Positions 1 through 7,700 of a stretch of 32,000 nt of DNA are shown here, in pieces. The DNA lies in assembly GCA_000025185.1 (NCBI GenBank), contig CP001848.1:2160001-2192000 (forward strand), given 5' to 3'. How positions within the stretch are numbered: position 1 is the stretch's first letter; each line of letters starts with the position of its first letter. The stretch comes from Pirellula staleyi DSM 6068. GTDB taxonomy: Bacteria; Planctomycetota; Planctomycetia; Pirellulales; Pirellulaceae. The notes beneath the pieces are model-generated. The model ran no database searches. It was not told where the DNA came from and worked only from the letters and a program-made list of their open reading frames with translations. The position numbers were made by a program, and so were the translations under genes.

Positions 1-1
1 C

Positions 2-202
2 GATTTGCTCAGCACTTTCACAACCCTGCTCACGCTGCAAGATCTCGGTGGCGCAAACGCCGTCGACACACGCGCCGTGCAGTCGTTCGCGCTCAGTCTG
101 GCTCACGATGAAGGTGGCTTCAGTGGCGCCCACTGGGACACCGGCTCCGACGTGGAATATAGTTTCTATGGTCTTGGTTGCCTCGCACTCCTGGCAAAGT
201 AG
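2..202 (+). CDS. C-terminal fragment of a prenyltransferase/squalene-oxidase-repeat (alpha/alpha-toroid) protein; the 5' end lies upstream of the window
   Basis: The frame is open from base 2. The track's 'M' at 5 is a TTG inside a continuing ORF, and the stop TAG is at 200-202. The peptide ...LAHDEGGFSGAHWDTGSDVEYSFYGLGCLALL resembles the GGF-x-G ... D-x-x-Y-x-F-Y repeat of prenyltransferase beta / terpene cyclase repeats. Only 66 codons are visible. Confidence 0.4.
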   Translation, partial: DLLSTFTTLLTLQDLGGANAVDTRAVQSFALSLAHDEGGFSGAHWDTGSDVEYSFYGLGCLALLAK

Positions 203-244
203 CGCACCAGCGCGCGACATCTCCCTACGAAAGTACCGCGCAAC

Positions 245-922
245 ATGGCTAAGCTTGTGGCGACGCATCTGAGCAAATCGTTTCCGACACGCAGCGAGCC
301 GCTGGTGGTGCTCCGCGATGTCTCACTCGAGATTCGCTCGGGAGAAAGTGCCGCGATCATCGGCCCCAGTGGCAGCGGCAAGAGCACACTCTTGCATCTC
401 ATCGGCGGGCTCGATGCACCCACCAGTGGCACGATTGATCTTGATGGTGAAAATCCCCACACATTGGCTCCCGATAAACTGGCCCACTTCCGCAATCATA
501 ATGTCGGCTTCGTGTTTCAAGATCATCATTTGCTCCCGCAGCTGACGGTCCTTGAAAACGTACTTATCCCCGCCATGGCCGAAACCGCGCCGACACCTGC
601 CATGATCGAGCGCGCGCGACAGCTCCTCACGCGCGTGGGACTCGCCGCGCGACTCGATCATCGCCCCGCAGAACTCTCGGGTGGCGAGCGGCAGCGCTGC
701 GGCATTGCTCGCGCTCTACTGATGAAGCCCAAACTGCTGCTGGCCGATGAACCGACAGGCAATCTCGACCAGAAAACAGCCACCGAAGTGGCCCAGCTCT
801 TGGGCGAGATTCATACGCAAGAGAATGCCATTTTGCTCATCGTGACGCACAGTAAAGAACTCGCCGCGATTGCCCAAAAACGTTACGAGATGAACAGCGG
901 ACTACTCGAGCCGCGCAGCTAA
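245..922 (+). CDS. ABC transporter ATP-binding protein, YbbA/LolD/MacB-type
   Basis: 225 aa. Walker A GPSGSGKST, Q-loop FQDHHLLPQLTVLENV, signature LSGGERQR, Walker [14 protein letters not shown]-loop IVTHS. Confidence 0.9.
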   Translation: MAKLVATHLSKSFPTRSEPLVVLRDVSLEIRSGESAAIIGPSGSGKSTLLHLIGGLDAPTSGTIDLDGENPHTLAPDKLAHFRNHNVGFVFQDHHLLPQLTVLENVLIPAMAETAPTPAMIERARQLLTRVGLAARLDHRPAELSGGERQRCGIARALLMKPKLLLADEPTGNLDQKTATEVAQLLGEIHTQENAILLIVTHSKELAAIAQKRYEMNSGLLEPRS

Positions 923-995
923 TGCGTGTCGACCGCAGCGCCCCCGGCGGCTCGCACCTCCTGAAATGCTCTGACCAGCAGAATGAGTAACTAGC

Positions 996-3900
996 ATGTC
1001 GTTCTGGAAACTAGTCCTGCAGAGTCTTCGCTTTCATATCCGGCCGCAATCGGCCGTCGCACTCGGCGTAGCAGCAGCGGCTGCGGTTCTTGTCGGCGCA
1101 CTTCTGGTGGGAGATAGCGTGCGCGGAACGCTGCGCCATCTGACCCTCGATCGCCTCGGCAAGATCGACGAACTGCTCATCAGCGACTTCTTTTTTCGCG
1201 AAGAACTTGCCACTGAAATTCGCGAGCTACCCGTTTTCGAGTCTCACTACACGGCTGCCATTCCGGTCGTACTGCTTCCGTCAACGTCGCTCGAAAAGAA
1301 ACTCGACGATGGACGTGTCAGCCGCAGTGGTGGGGTCCTCGCGCTCGGCATCGACGAGGAGTTCTGGAGCCTTGGCAGCGCCGCGATTAAGCCGAGTAAG
1401 TCCCCGTCGGAAAACGAAATCGCCATCAACCAAACACTGGCTAGTCAGCTCGGCGCCGAGGTTGGCGACACACTTCTGCTGCGGCTTGGTAAGGTGACAG
1501 AAGTCCCCGCTGATAGTCCGCTGGGCCGGAAAGAAGATCGCATCACGACTCTCGCCGAGCTGAAGCTTGTGGCGATCATCCCCGCCGAAAGTTTGGGACG
1601 CTTTGGCCTCGAGCCTTCGCAGTTTTCACCAGCAGTGGCCTACCTTTCGCGGTCGCAGCTCGCTTCAGCCCTCGAGATGCAAGGCAAAGCGAATGCCGTA
1701 CTGATCGCTGGCCAAAACGCCGAAATTCCGCCGACGGAAGCGGTGAGCAATCAGCTGCGCGAGGCGCTGGCTCCGAAGCTCGAAGATCTGGGACTCAACC
1801 TCACGGAAGTGAAACAGCCCGATCCAACAGCCGAGGGGAAAAACGTCTTCGACTACTTTAGCCTCTCGAGCGAGCGAATGATGCTCTCGGCTGAAACCGA
1901 GCAACTCGCCACCGAAGTCTTTGCGAAGCAGAAGTCGCAAACAGTCCTCACCTATCTAGCCAACAACATCGAGAAGGTACCAAACGAAGCGACCGGCAAT
2001 TCCGCTCCGACTCCCGCAGCGCCGGGCGCGAAGCCGGAGTTAAAAGGGATCCCTTACTCGACGATCACCGCTCTCGATCCTGCGGCGGGAATCGAGCTCG
2101 TGGATAGCGCGGGTAAGCCAGTCACCCAGCTCGCCGATGATGAGATCGCCGTGAACAGCTGGGCGGCTGAGGATCAGCAGCTGCAGATCGGCGACCGGGT
2201 CCGTGTCACTTATTTCCGGCCCGAGTCGACTCACGGTACGGAAGAAGAGGCATCGACAGAGTTCAAGCTCGCGGCCATCATTCCGATCACCGAACCGAAG
2301 TCCCCGTTTCAGCGTCGGCGCGATGCGATCTACGATCAACGACCCACCACGGCGAACGATCCAAATCTGACACCAGTGGTCAAAGGGATCACCGATCAGG
2401 CGTCGATTTCCGACTGGGACGCACCCTTTCCGTTCGACTACAACCGAATTCGTACGCAGGACGATGAGTACTGGGAAAATCATCGGACCACACCCAAAGC
2501 GTTTATCTCCCTCGCGGCTGGCCAAAAGATTTGGGGCAGCCGGTTTGGAAAAGCAACTAGCATTCGCATCGCGAAGTCACCCGACGTCACCGCCGAAAAG
2601 CTCGCTGCTGAACTGCTTGCAGCGCGAAAAGCAAACGGTCTCTCACTCGGGCTCGTACTGCAAAGCATCAAGCGACAAAGCCTCGCTGCCTCATCGGGAA
2701 CCACACCGTTTGATGTGCTGTTCCTGGCACTCAGCATGTTCATCATCGGTTCAGCGCTGCTGTTAGTCTGGCTCCTGTTTCAACTCGTAACGCAGCAACG
2801 CGCTGCCAATCTCGGGCTACTGATGGCGATGGGCTGGACACAAGGCAAGGCAGCTCGCTCGCTGCTGGCCGAAGGGGCACTGCTCGCGGCGTTTGGCAGC
2901 GTGCTCGGTGTTTTTCTGGGAGTTGGCTATGCGGCGGCGATGCTGGCCGGGCTTAAAAGTTGGTGGAGTGGCGCTGTGTCGTCCCCCGATCTCACGCTCT
3001 ACATCACGCCCACCGCGCTTATCGGTGGGGCCGTGGCATCGCTCGTCATTGCGCTTGTGACGATGGCAATCAGCCTGCGGATGCTGCGCCGCGTTTCGCT
3101 CCGATCGCTCCTGGCGGGTGAAGCGACTCCCCCTATTACCGCTGCTAAGTCGAGCAAACAAAGTTTCACGCTCAAGCTGATTGCGCTCGTGCTGCTCGTC
3201 CTCGCAGCAGCTTCGCTCGGTGCTGCAGCGACGCTCGGTGGCGAAGCTCAGGCCGGAGCACTCTTGACCGGTGGTGCAGCGATTCTGACTGCCACGATTC
3301 TGCTCGTCACCAATCGCTTGCGGGCCATCGGTTCCTCCCCCACCAACCTCGGCGGCAATGTGCTCCTCACAATGGCGTGGCGCAGCGCGTCGCGCAATGT
3401 CGGCCGAAGTATCACCACCATTGCACTCATGGCGTCGGCATCGTTTCTCATCATCGCCGTCTCGTCGTTTCGTCTAGCACCAACCGTCGAAGGGATCGGC
3501 GGATTTGATCTGCTGGCTGAATCGTCGCAGGCGATCATCGGCAATCTAGGAACGACCGCAGGTCGGAAGGAACTGCTGGCCGACGATGCTGAAAAGCTGG
3601 CCCAAACCACCATTCTTTCGCTCCGCGTGAAAGCCGGAGACGACGCTAGTTGCCGCAATCTCTACCGCCCTAGTCAGCCGCAAGTCCTCGGCGTCACGCC
3701 CGCGATGATCGACTACTTCGACAACCCCGAGGTTCCTCATTTTGCTTTCGCCGGTTCTGCTGCGACCACCGATGCTGAGAAGAAAAATCCGTGGCATGTG
3801 CTCGACACTAGCGCCGCCGGAGAAGGACCTGTGCGCGTGATCGTCGACAAAAACACGGCGATGTATAGCCTGCGACTCTACCGAGGTGTCGGCGAGCGAT

Positions 3901-4550
3901 TTAAGGTCGAGTATGAAGGGGGCCCCACCGTCGAGTTCGAAGTGGCTGGACTTTTGGCAGGGAGTGTCTTGCAAGGGAGCTTGCTCGTGGGAGAGCGTGA
4001 CTTCGAGCGTCTCTTTCCGCAGGTCAGTGGCTACTCGATGTTTTTGGTCCGACCCGACGGCGCCTCCGAGGAGCAGGTCACGCAGATTCTCGAAACACGT
4101 CTGGGGGACGAAGGGTTCGACTGCACCGATGCGCGAGCCAGGCTCGCCGACTTACTCGCCGTGCAAAACACCTACATCACCACCTTTCAGAGCCTCGGCG
4201 GATTGGGGCTCTTGCTCGGCACACTCGGCCTGGCGGCTGTTCAGCTCCGCAGTGCCCTCGAGCGACGCAAGGAACTCGCGCTGCTTCGAGCGACTGGCTT
4301 TTCGAATGCTCGTTTGCGGTCGATGCTGATGCTCGAATCGCTGCTGCTCTTAGCCTTAGGACTTGGCCTGGGGGTGCTCGCCGCTCTGTTCGTGGTTCTG
4401 CCGCCGCTGCTGGCTGGAGAGGCCAAAGTCCCCCTTCGCGACCTCGCGCTGATGCTCGCCGTGGTGGCTCTGGTTGGCGCAAGTGCCGGGGCGTTTGCTG
4501 CCCGGCTCACCCTGCGAGCCCCGCTGCTGTCGGCTTTGCGAGGGGAATAG
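996..4550 (+). CDS. Giant FtsX-family ABC permease (YbbP/MacB-like, two FtsX modules)
   Basis: 1184 aa. It has an N-terminal TM (AVALGVAAAAAVLVGALLVG) followed by an extracytoplasmic region of roughly 530 residues. Two FtsX-type helix bundles follow (LLMAMGWTQGKAARSLLAEGALLAAFGSVLGV and LALLRATGFSNARLRSMLMLESLLLLALGLGLGV), separated by a second soluble domain. The gene lies 73 bp downstream of the ATPase gene. Confidence 0.85.
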   Translation: MSFWKLVLQSLRFHIRPQSAVALGVAAAAAVLVGALLVGDSVRGTLRHLTLDRLGKIDELLISDFFFREELATEIRELPVFESHYTAAIPVVLLPSTSLEKKLDDGRVSRSGGVLALGIDEEFWSLGSAAIKPSKSPSENEIAINQTLASQLGAEVGDTLLLRLGKVTEVPADSPLGRKEDRITTLAELKLVAIIPAESLGRFGLEPSQFSPAVAYLSRSQLASALEMQGKANAVLIAGQNAEIPPTEAVSNQLREALAPKLEDLGLNLTEVKQPDPTAEGKNVFDYFSLSSERMMLSAETEQLATEVFAKQKSQTVLTYLANNIEKVPNEATGNSAPTPAAPGAKPELKGIPYSTITALDPAAGIELVDSAGKPVTQLADDEIAVNSWAAEDQQLQIGDRVRVTYFRPESTHGTEEEASTEFKLAAIIPITEPKSPFQRRRDAIYDQRPTTANDPNLTPVVKGITDQASISDWDAPFPFDYNRIRTQDDEYWENHRTTPKAFISLAAGQKIWGSRFGKATSIRIAKSPDVTAEKLAAELLAARKANGLSLGLVLQSIKRQSLAASSGTTPFDVLFLALSMFIIGSALLLVWLLFQLVTQQRAANLGLLMAMGWTQGKAARSLLAEGALLAAFGSVLGVFLGVGYAAAMLAGLKSWWSGAVSSPDLTLYITPTALIGGAVASLVIALVTMAISLRMLRRVSLRSLLAGEATPPITAAKSSKQSFTLKLIALVLLVLAAASLGAAATLGGEAQAGALLTGGAAILTATILLVTNRLRAIGSSPTNLGGNVLLTMAWRSASRNVGRSITTIALMASASFLIIAVSSFRLAPTVEGIGGFDLLAESSQAIIGNLGTTAGRKELLADDAEKLAQTTILSLRVKAGDDASCRNLYRPSQPQVLGVTPAMIDYFDNPEVPHFAFAGSAATTDAEKKNPWHVLDTSAAGEGPVRVIVDKNTAMYSLRLYRGVGERFKVEYEGGPTVEFEVAGLLAGSVLQGSLLVGERDFERLFPQVSGYSMFLVRPDGASEEQVTQILETRLGDEGFDCTDARARLADLLAVQNTYITTFQSLGGLGLLLGTLGLAAVQLRSALERRKELALLRATGFSNARLRSMLMLESLLLLALGLGLGVLAALFVVLPPLLAGEAKVPLRDLALMLAVVALVGASAGAFAARLTLRAPLLSALRGE

Positions 4551-4785
4551 TCGCGCCGCAAATTTTCGCCCGATCATCGAGTTTGCCATGCCTAGCCAGT
4601 AGGGGTGGCCAAGATCGGGTCCAGAACCCCCAGAAGCGCGAAAACCTTGTGGAAAATAGCTGTTCGTCGCCCAGGTGTGCGATTAGAATTCGCGTTTCCG
4701 CGTCTGGAGCTCTCCCGCCTTGGTAGTTCGCCGGCTGCTTGCCGCAGCCACACTTCTTCCCTCGCTTCTGGGTTTGTAACGCACC

Positions 4786-6150
4786 ATGATGTCGATTCGC
4801 AGCAAGTTGTCGGTGATGATGTTCCTCCAGTTTTTTATCTGGGGAGCGTGGCTACCTTCGAGCTTTGGTTACTTTGGTGGGGGTGGTCTCGAGTTCACCG
4901 AGTGGGAGCAGTTCGGCCTGAACATCATGTTCCCGCTGTCGGCGATTCTCGCCATGTTCTTCTCGAATCAGTTTGCCGATCGTAACTTTGCCGCCGAGAA
5001 GTTCCTCGCAGCGAGTCACTTGATTGGTGGCGTTACGATGCTCGCCTTCGGTCTGATGGCCTGGAATCATTTCCAAGCAGAAGTCCCCTCGAAGCCCAGC
5101 TACTGGCCCTACTTCATCTGCATGGCGATTCACTGCCTGGTCTATGTGCCGACAATCTCGGTGACCAACACGATCGCTTTTGCCAACATCCAAGATGCCC
5201 AAAACGACTTCGGTCGCGTCCGCTTGTGGGGCACCATCGGCTGGATTGCTGCCAGCTGGCCCTTCATTTTCATTCTCGCCGACTGGGCGAAAATCAACGC
5301 TGCCCAGTCGTCTGGTTTTGTGGAATGGCTTGGCAACGCTCTGGGGACCTCGCTCGAAGGGCAGGCACTCAACCAAGGGAAGAGCTGGGCCTTCATTACC
5401 TCGGGCATTGCCTCGCTCGCGCTGGCTGGCTTCAGCCTCATGCTGCCACACACACCGCCAAAACCGGCCAAGCTCGGCGAAGGTTCGCTGGCGTTTCTCG
5501 ACGCTGTGAAACTCCTCAAGTATCCCTTCTTGCTCGTGCTGTTCATCGTGACTTTCATCGATGCTACGGTGCACGACGGCTACTTCTTCTACGCCTTTGC
5601 TTACCTCGGCAAAGTGGGTGTTCCTTCGCAGTGGATTCAGCCCGCGATGAGCGTGGGACAACTTGCCGAAATCGGCACCATGGCTTTCCTGGGGCTGGTG
5701 CTCAAACGTTTTGGCTGGCGCTATACGATGATCCTCGGCATCTTGGGGCACACGGTTCGATTTGCCGTGTTTGCTCTCGTCCCAAATCCGATTGTCGCTG
5801 TCGCGGCGAACGTGCTGCACGGCGTCTGCTATGCCTTCTTTTTCGCGACGCTGTACATCCTGGTCGATGAAGTGTTCCCCAAGGATGCCCGCACGAGTGC
5901 TCAAGGTTTGTTTAACTTCTTGATCCTCGGTATGGGCCCAATTGTGGCACGCTATCTCTGGCCGTTCATTCAGAACATGTACACCACCAAGACCCTGGTG
6001 GATGGCGTGGAAGTTGTCGACATCAAGTACAGCAGCATCTTGCTCTACCCGTCGGGAGCTGCCCTGATCGCGGCGGTCTTGCTGCTGCTCTTCTTCCATC
6101 CGCCGAAGACAGAAGCCCAGATGAAAGGGCCTGTGACAGCCGCTCATTAA
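4786..6150 (+). CDS. MFS transporter of the nucleoside:H+ symporter (NHS, NupG/XapB-like) family
   Basis: 454 aa and polytopic. The N-terminus SKLSVMMFLQFFIWGAWLPS and the segment FGRVRLWGTIGWIAASW resemble E. coli NupG (FLQFCLWGSWL, IRIWGTIGFIMAMW; recalled from memory). Confidence 0.75.
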   Translation: MMSIRSKLSVMMFLQFFIWGAWLPSSFGYFGGGGLEFTEWEQFGLNIMFPLSAILAMFFSNQFADRNFAAEKFLAASHLIGGVTMLAFGLMAWNHFQAEVPSKPSYWPYFICMAIHCLVYVPTISVTNTIAFANIQDAQNDFGRVRLWGTIGWIAASWPFIFILADWAKINAAQSSGFVEWLGNALGTSLEGQALNQGKSWAFITSGIASLALAGFSLMLPHTPPKPAKLGEGSLAFLDAVKLLKYPFLLVLFIVTFIDATVHDGYFFYAFAYLGKVGVPSQWIQPAMSVGQLAEIGTMAFLGLVLKRFGWRYTMILGILGHTVRFAVFALVPNPIVAVAANVLHGVCYAFFFATLYILVDEVFPKDARTSAQGLFNFLILGMGPIVARYLWPFIQNMYTTKTLVDGVEVVDIKYSSILLYPSGAALIAAVLLLLFFHPPKTEAQMKGPVTAAH

Positions 6151-6194
6151 TTGTCGCTCACTAAAACTGTGATCGCTGAAACGCTGAAACCACG

Positions 6195-6237
6195 AAACGT
6201 GTGATGGGTAGCCTCGGCTGCGTGTCACACGTTTTTT
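6195..6237 (+). terminator. Rho-independent terminator between convergent genes
   Basis: CGTGTGA (6198-6204) pairs with TCACACG (6225-6231). The stem is extendable through most of the intervening sequence (wobbles and one mismatch) and by AAA/TTT at its base. It is followed by a T6 run (6232-6237). It lies 45 bp after the NHS transporter stop. On the minus strand only a TTT tract follows the stem. Confidence 0.65.
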
Positions 6238-6265
6238 CGTTGCGCTGTTGCAGCGATGGAGAGCG

Positions 6266-6730
6266 TCAAATCGGGTTCCCTTCGAGCGCTGCGATCTTTT
6301 GCCGGACTGCATCTGGGATCGTCACTTTGGTTTGCGAGGTGTAGTCGAAAGCAACACAGACGCTGATCCCCCGCGCGACGATACAACCCAGGTCGCGACT
6401 CGCCACGAGATGCTCGAGGGTCAGGCTGGTGTTGCCGATTTTGGTGGTGCGGCTGGCGATCGTCACTTCGTCGCCGTAGTGCAGCTGGCGGAGAAAATCG
6501 CAGGTAACACTTGCCAGAATCGGGCCGACAGCAGCAGTGGCGCTCGCGCGCTCGGCACTCGTTGCCTCGGCAGCATGATGACCGAGTCCCACAGCATCGA
6601 GGTAAACGATCCGCGCGGTTTCGAGCCAGCGGAGATAGACCACGTTGTTGACGTGCCCAAACGCGTCCTGATCGCCCCACTGAATAGGGAGCGTGACAGG
6701 TGCCCAAAAACCGTGGAGTAAGTCACTCAT
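6266..6730 (-). CDS. Hotdog-fold acyl-CoA thioesterase (4HBT/YbgC-like)
   Basis: Start taken at ATG 6730 (MSDLLHGFWAPV...) rather than the track's 6901. The motif GDQDAFGHVNNVVYLRWLETAR matches the D-x-D-x-x-G-H-V-x-N-x-x-Y signature of 4HBT thioesterases. 154 aa, no signal peptide. Confidence 0.8.
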   Translation of the reverse strand: MSDLLHGFWAPVTLPIQWGDQDAFGHVNNVVYLRWLETARIVYLDAVGLGHHAAEATSAERASATAAVGPILASVTCDFLRQLHYGDEVTIASRTTKIGNTSLTLEHLVASRDLGCIVARGISVCVAFDYTSQTKVTIPDAVRQKIAALEGNPI

Positions 6731-6950
6731 CGCGTAGTTCCGGCGAATTGCGTAAAAGGGGTGAAATGCACGGACTTTCAGGGCTGTTTTGGGAGCTAGC
6801 GGCCTGCTGACTTCACGGCGCTGAATTACAGCATCGTCATGGGGCTGCCTTTTCAAAAGTCGGCCAATGGTCGATAACTGTAGATGTCCCTCGCCGCGCA
6901 TGGACGTATCGAGCGATGTGCCGAAGCAATTTTAGCGGGAAGTAGCTGAC

Positions 6951-7700
6951 ATGTATGTCTTGGAAACACGCCAGGTGCGTAAAGCGTTTGGCGAAGGGGA
7001 AACCCAGGTCGAGGCACTTAAGGGAGTGGATGTCGGCGTTCGTCCCGGCGAAATGCTAGCCATCATGGGGCGCAGTGGTAGCGGCAAAAGCACGCTCCTG
7101 ACCCTCTTGGGTGGCGTTGATGTGCCGACCTCGGGCCAAGTGCTGCTCGAGGGGAAAGATCTGGCAACGATGTCCGACGACGAGCGGACCCTGATGCGGC
7201 GACAGCGAATCGGCTTCATCTTTCAATCGTTCAACTTATTGCCCATCCTCACCGCTGAGGAAAATGTGGCTCTGCCGATGGAACTCGACGGCGTTTCTGC
7301 CGCCGAAGCCAAACGCCGAGCCGGTGAAGTGCTGGAACTCGTTGGCATGGCGGGTCGCAAATCTCATATCCCCGGCAAGCTGTCGGGTGGTGAACAGCAG
7401 CGCGTGGCGATTGCTCGCGCTCTGGCGATTCGTCCTGCCATTCTGCTGGCCGATGAACCGACCGGCAACCTCGACACAGCCAACAGCAAACGTGTGACGG
7501 CGATGCTTCGCGAACTGGTCGACGAGCATCAGCAAACGATCATCATGGTGACACACGATCCGGGCGTCGCTCTGATGGCCGATCGCGTGGTGCACCTGCT
7601 CGATGGCAATGTCGAGCGCGAAGAAGTGCATCGTGATAAATCACCCGCAGTCGTACCTGTGACGAGTGCTCCGCGCTATGTCGAGGCACGCCGCAAATGA
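6951..7700 (+). CDS. ABC transporter ATP-binding protein, YbbA/LolD/MacB-type (second copy)
   Basis: 249 aa. Walker [11 protein letters not shown]-loop [16 protein letters not shown], signature LSGGEQQR, Walker [14 protein letters not shown]-loop MVTHD. Confidence 0.9.
   Translation: MYVLETRQVRKAFGEGETQVEALKGVDVGVRPGEMLAIMGRSGSGKSTLLTLLGGVDVPTSGQVLLEGKDLATMSDDERTLMRRQRIGFIFQSFNLLPILTAEENVALPMELDGVSAAEAKRRAGEVLELVGMAGRKSHIPGKLSGGEQQRVAIARALAIRPAILLADEPTGNLDTANSKRVTAMLRELVDEHQQTIIMVTHDPGVALMADRVVHLLDGNVEREEVHRDKSPAVVPVTSAPRYVEARRK

Noticed and set aside
4852-6312. Very long antisense ORFs covering whole genes: 4852-6312(-), 8618-9982(-), 11303-12427(+), 13676-14659(+), 18536-19999(-), 21144-22460(-), 24876-25883(-), 27056-28132(-) and 30480-31925(-).
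   Set aside because: For the seven I checked (4852, 8618, 11303, 13676, 18536, 21144, 30480), the codon boundaries are in phase with the sense gene, with the same coordinate residue mod 3. This is the frame kept open when the sense strand avoids TTA, CTA and TCA codons in a GC-rich genome. Their translations are Arg/His/Gly-rich and show no family motifs, whereas the opposite strand carries clear family signatures. They are shadow ORFs, not overlapping genes.
6771-6779. The minus-strand sequence GAAAGTCCG resembles the RNase P RNA CR-I core (GAGGAAAGUCCGGGC). A weaker 'GAAGTCCCCAC' lies in the 15511-15945 spacer.
   Set aside because: Only a 9-nt match, within a 220-bp divergent promoter region that is too short for RNase P RNA. 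None of the other conserved RNase P blocks (GGUAAGGGUGAAAGGGUG, ACAGAACCCGGCUUA) are present nearby.
6731-6901. Longer N-terminal versions of several track ORFs: 6266-6901, 16629-, 18443-, 24984-, 25856- and 28923-.
   Set aside because: The extra N-terminal residues are non-protein-like or overlap the upstream gene. Several begin at alternative start codons (for example GTG at 25856). Internal ATGs give N-termini matching family expectations: a thioesterase core, a signal peptide, a TAT leader, the RecO OB-fold start and the FolP start.
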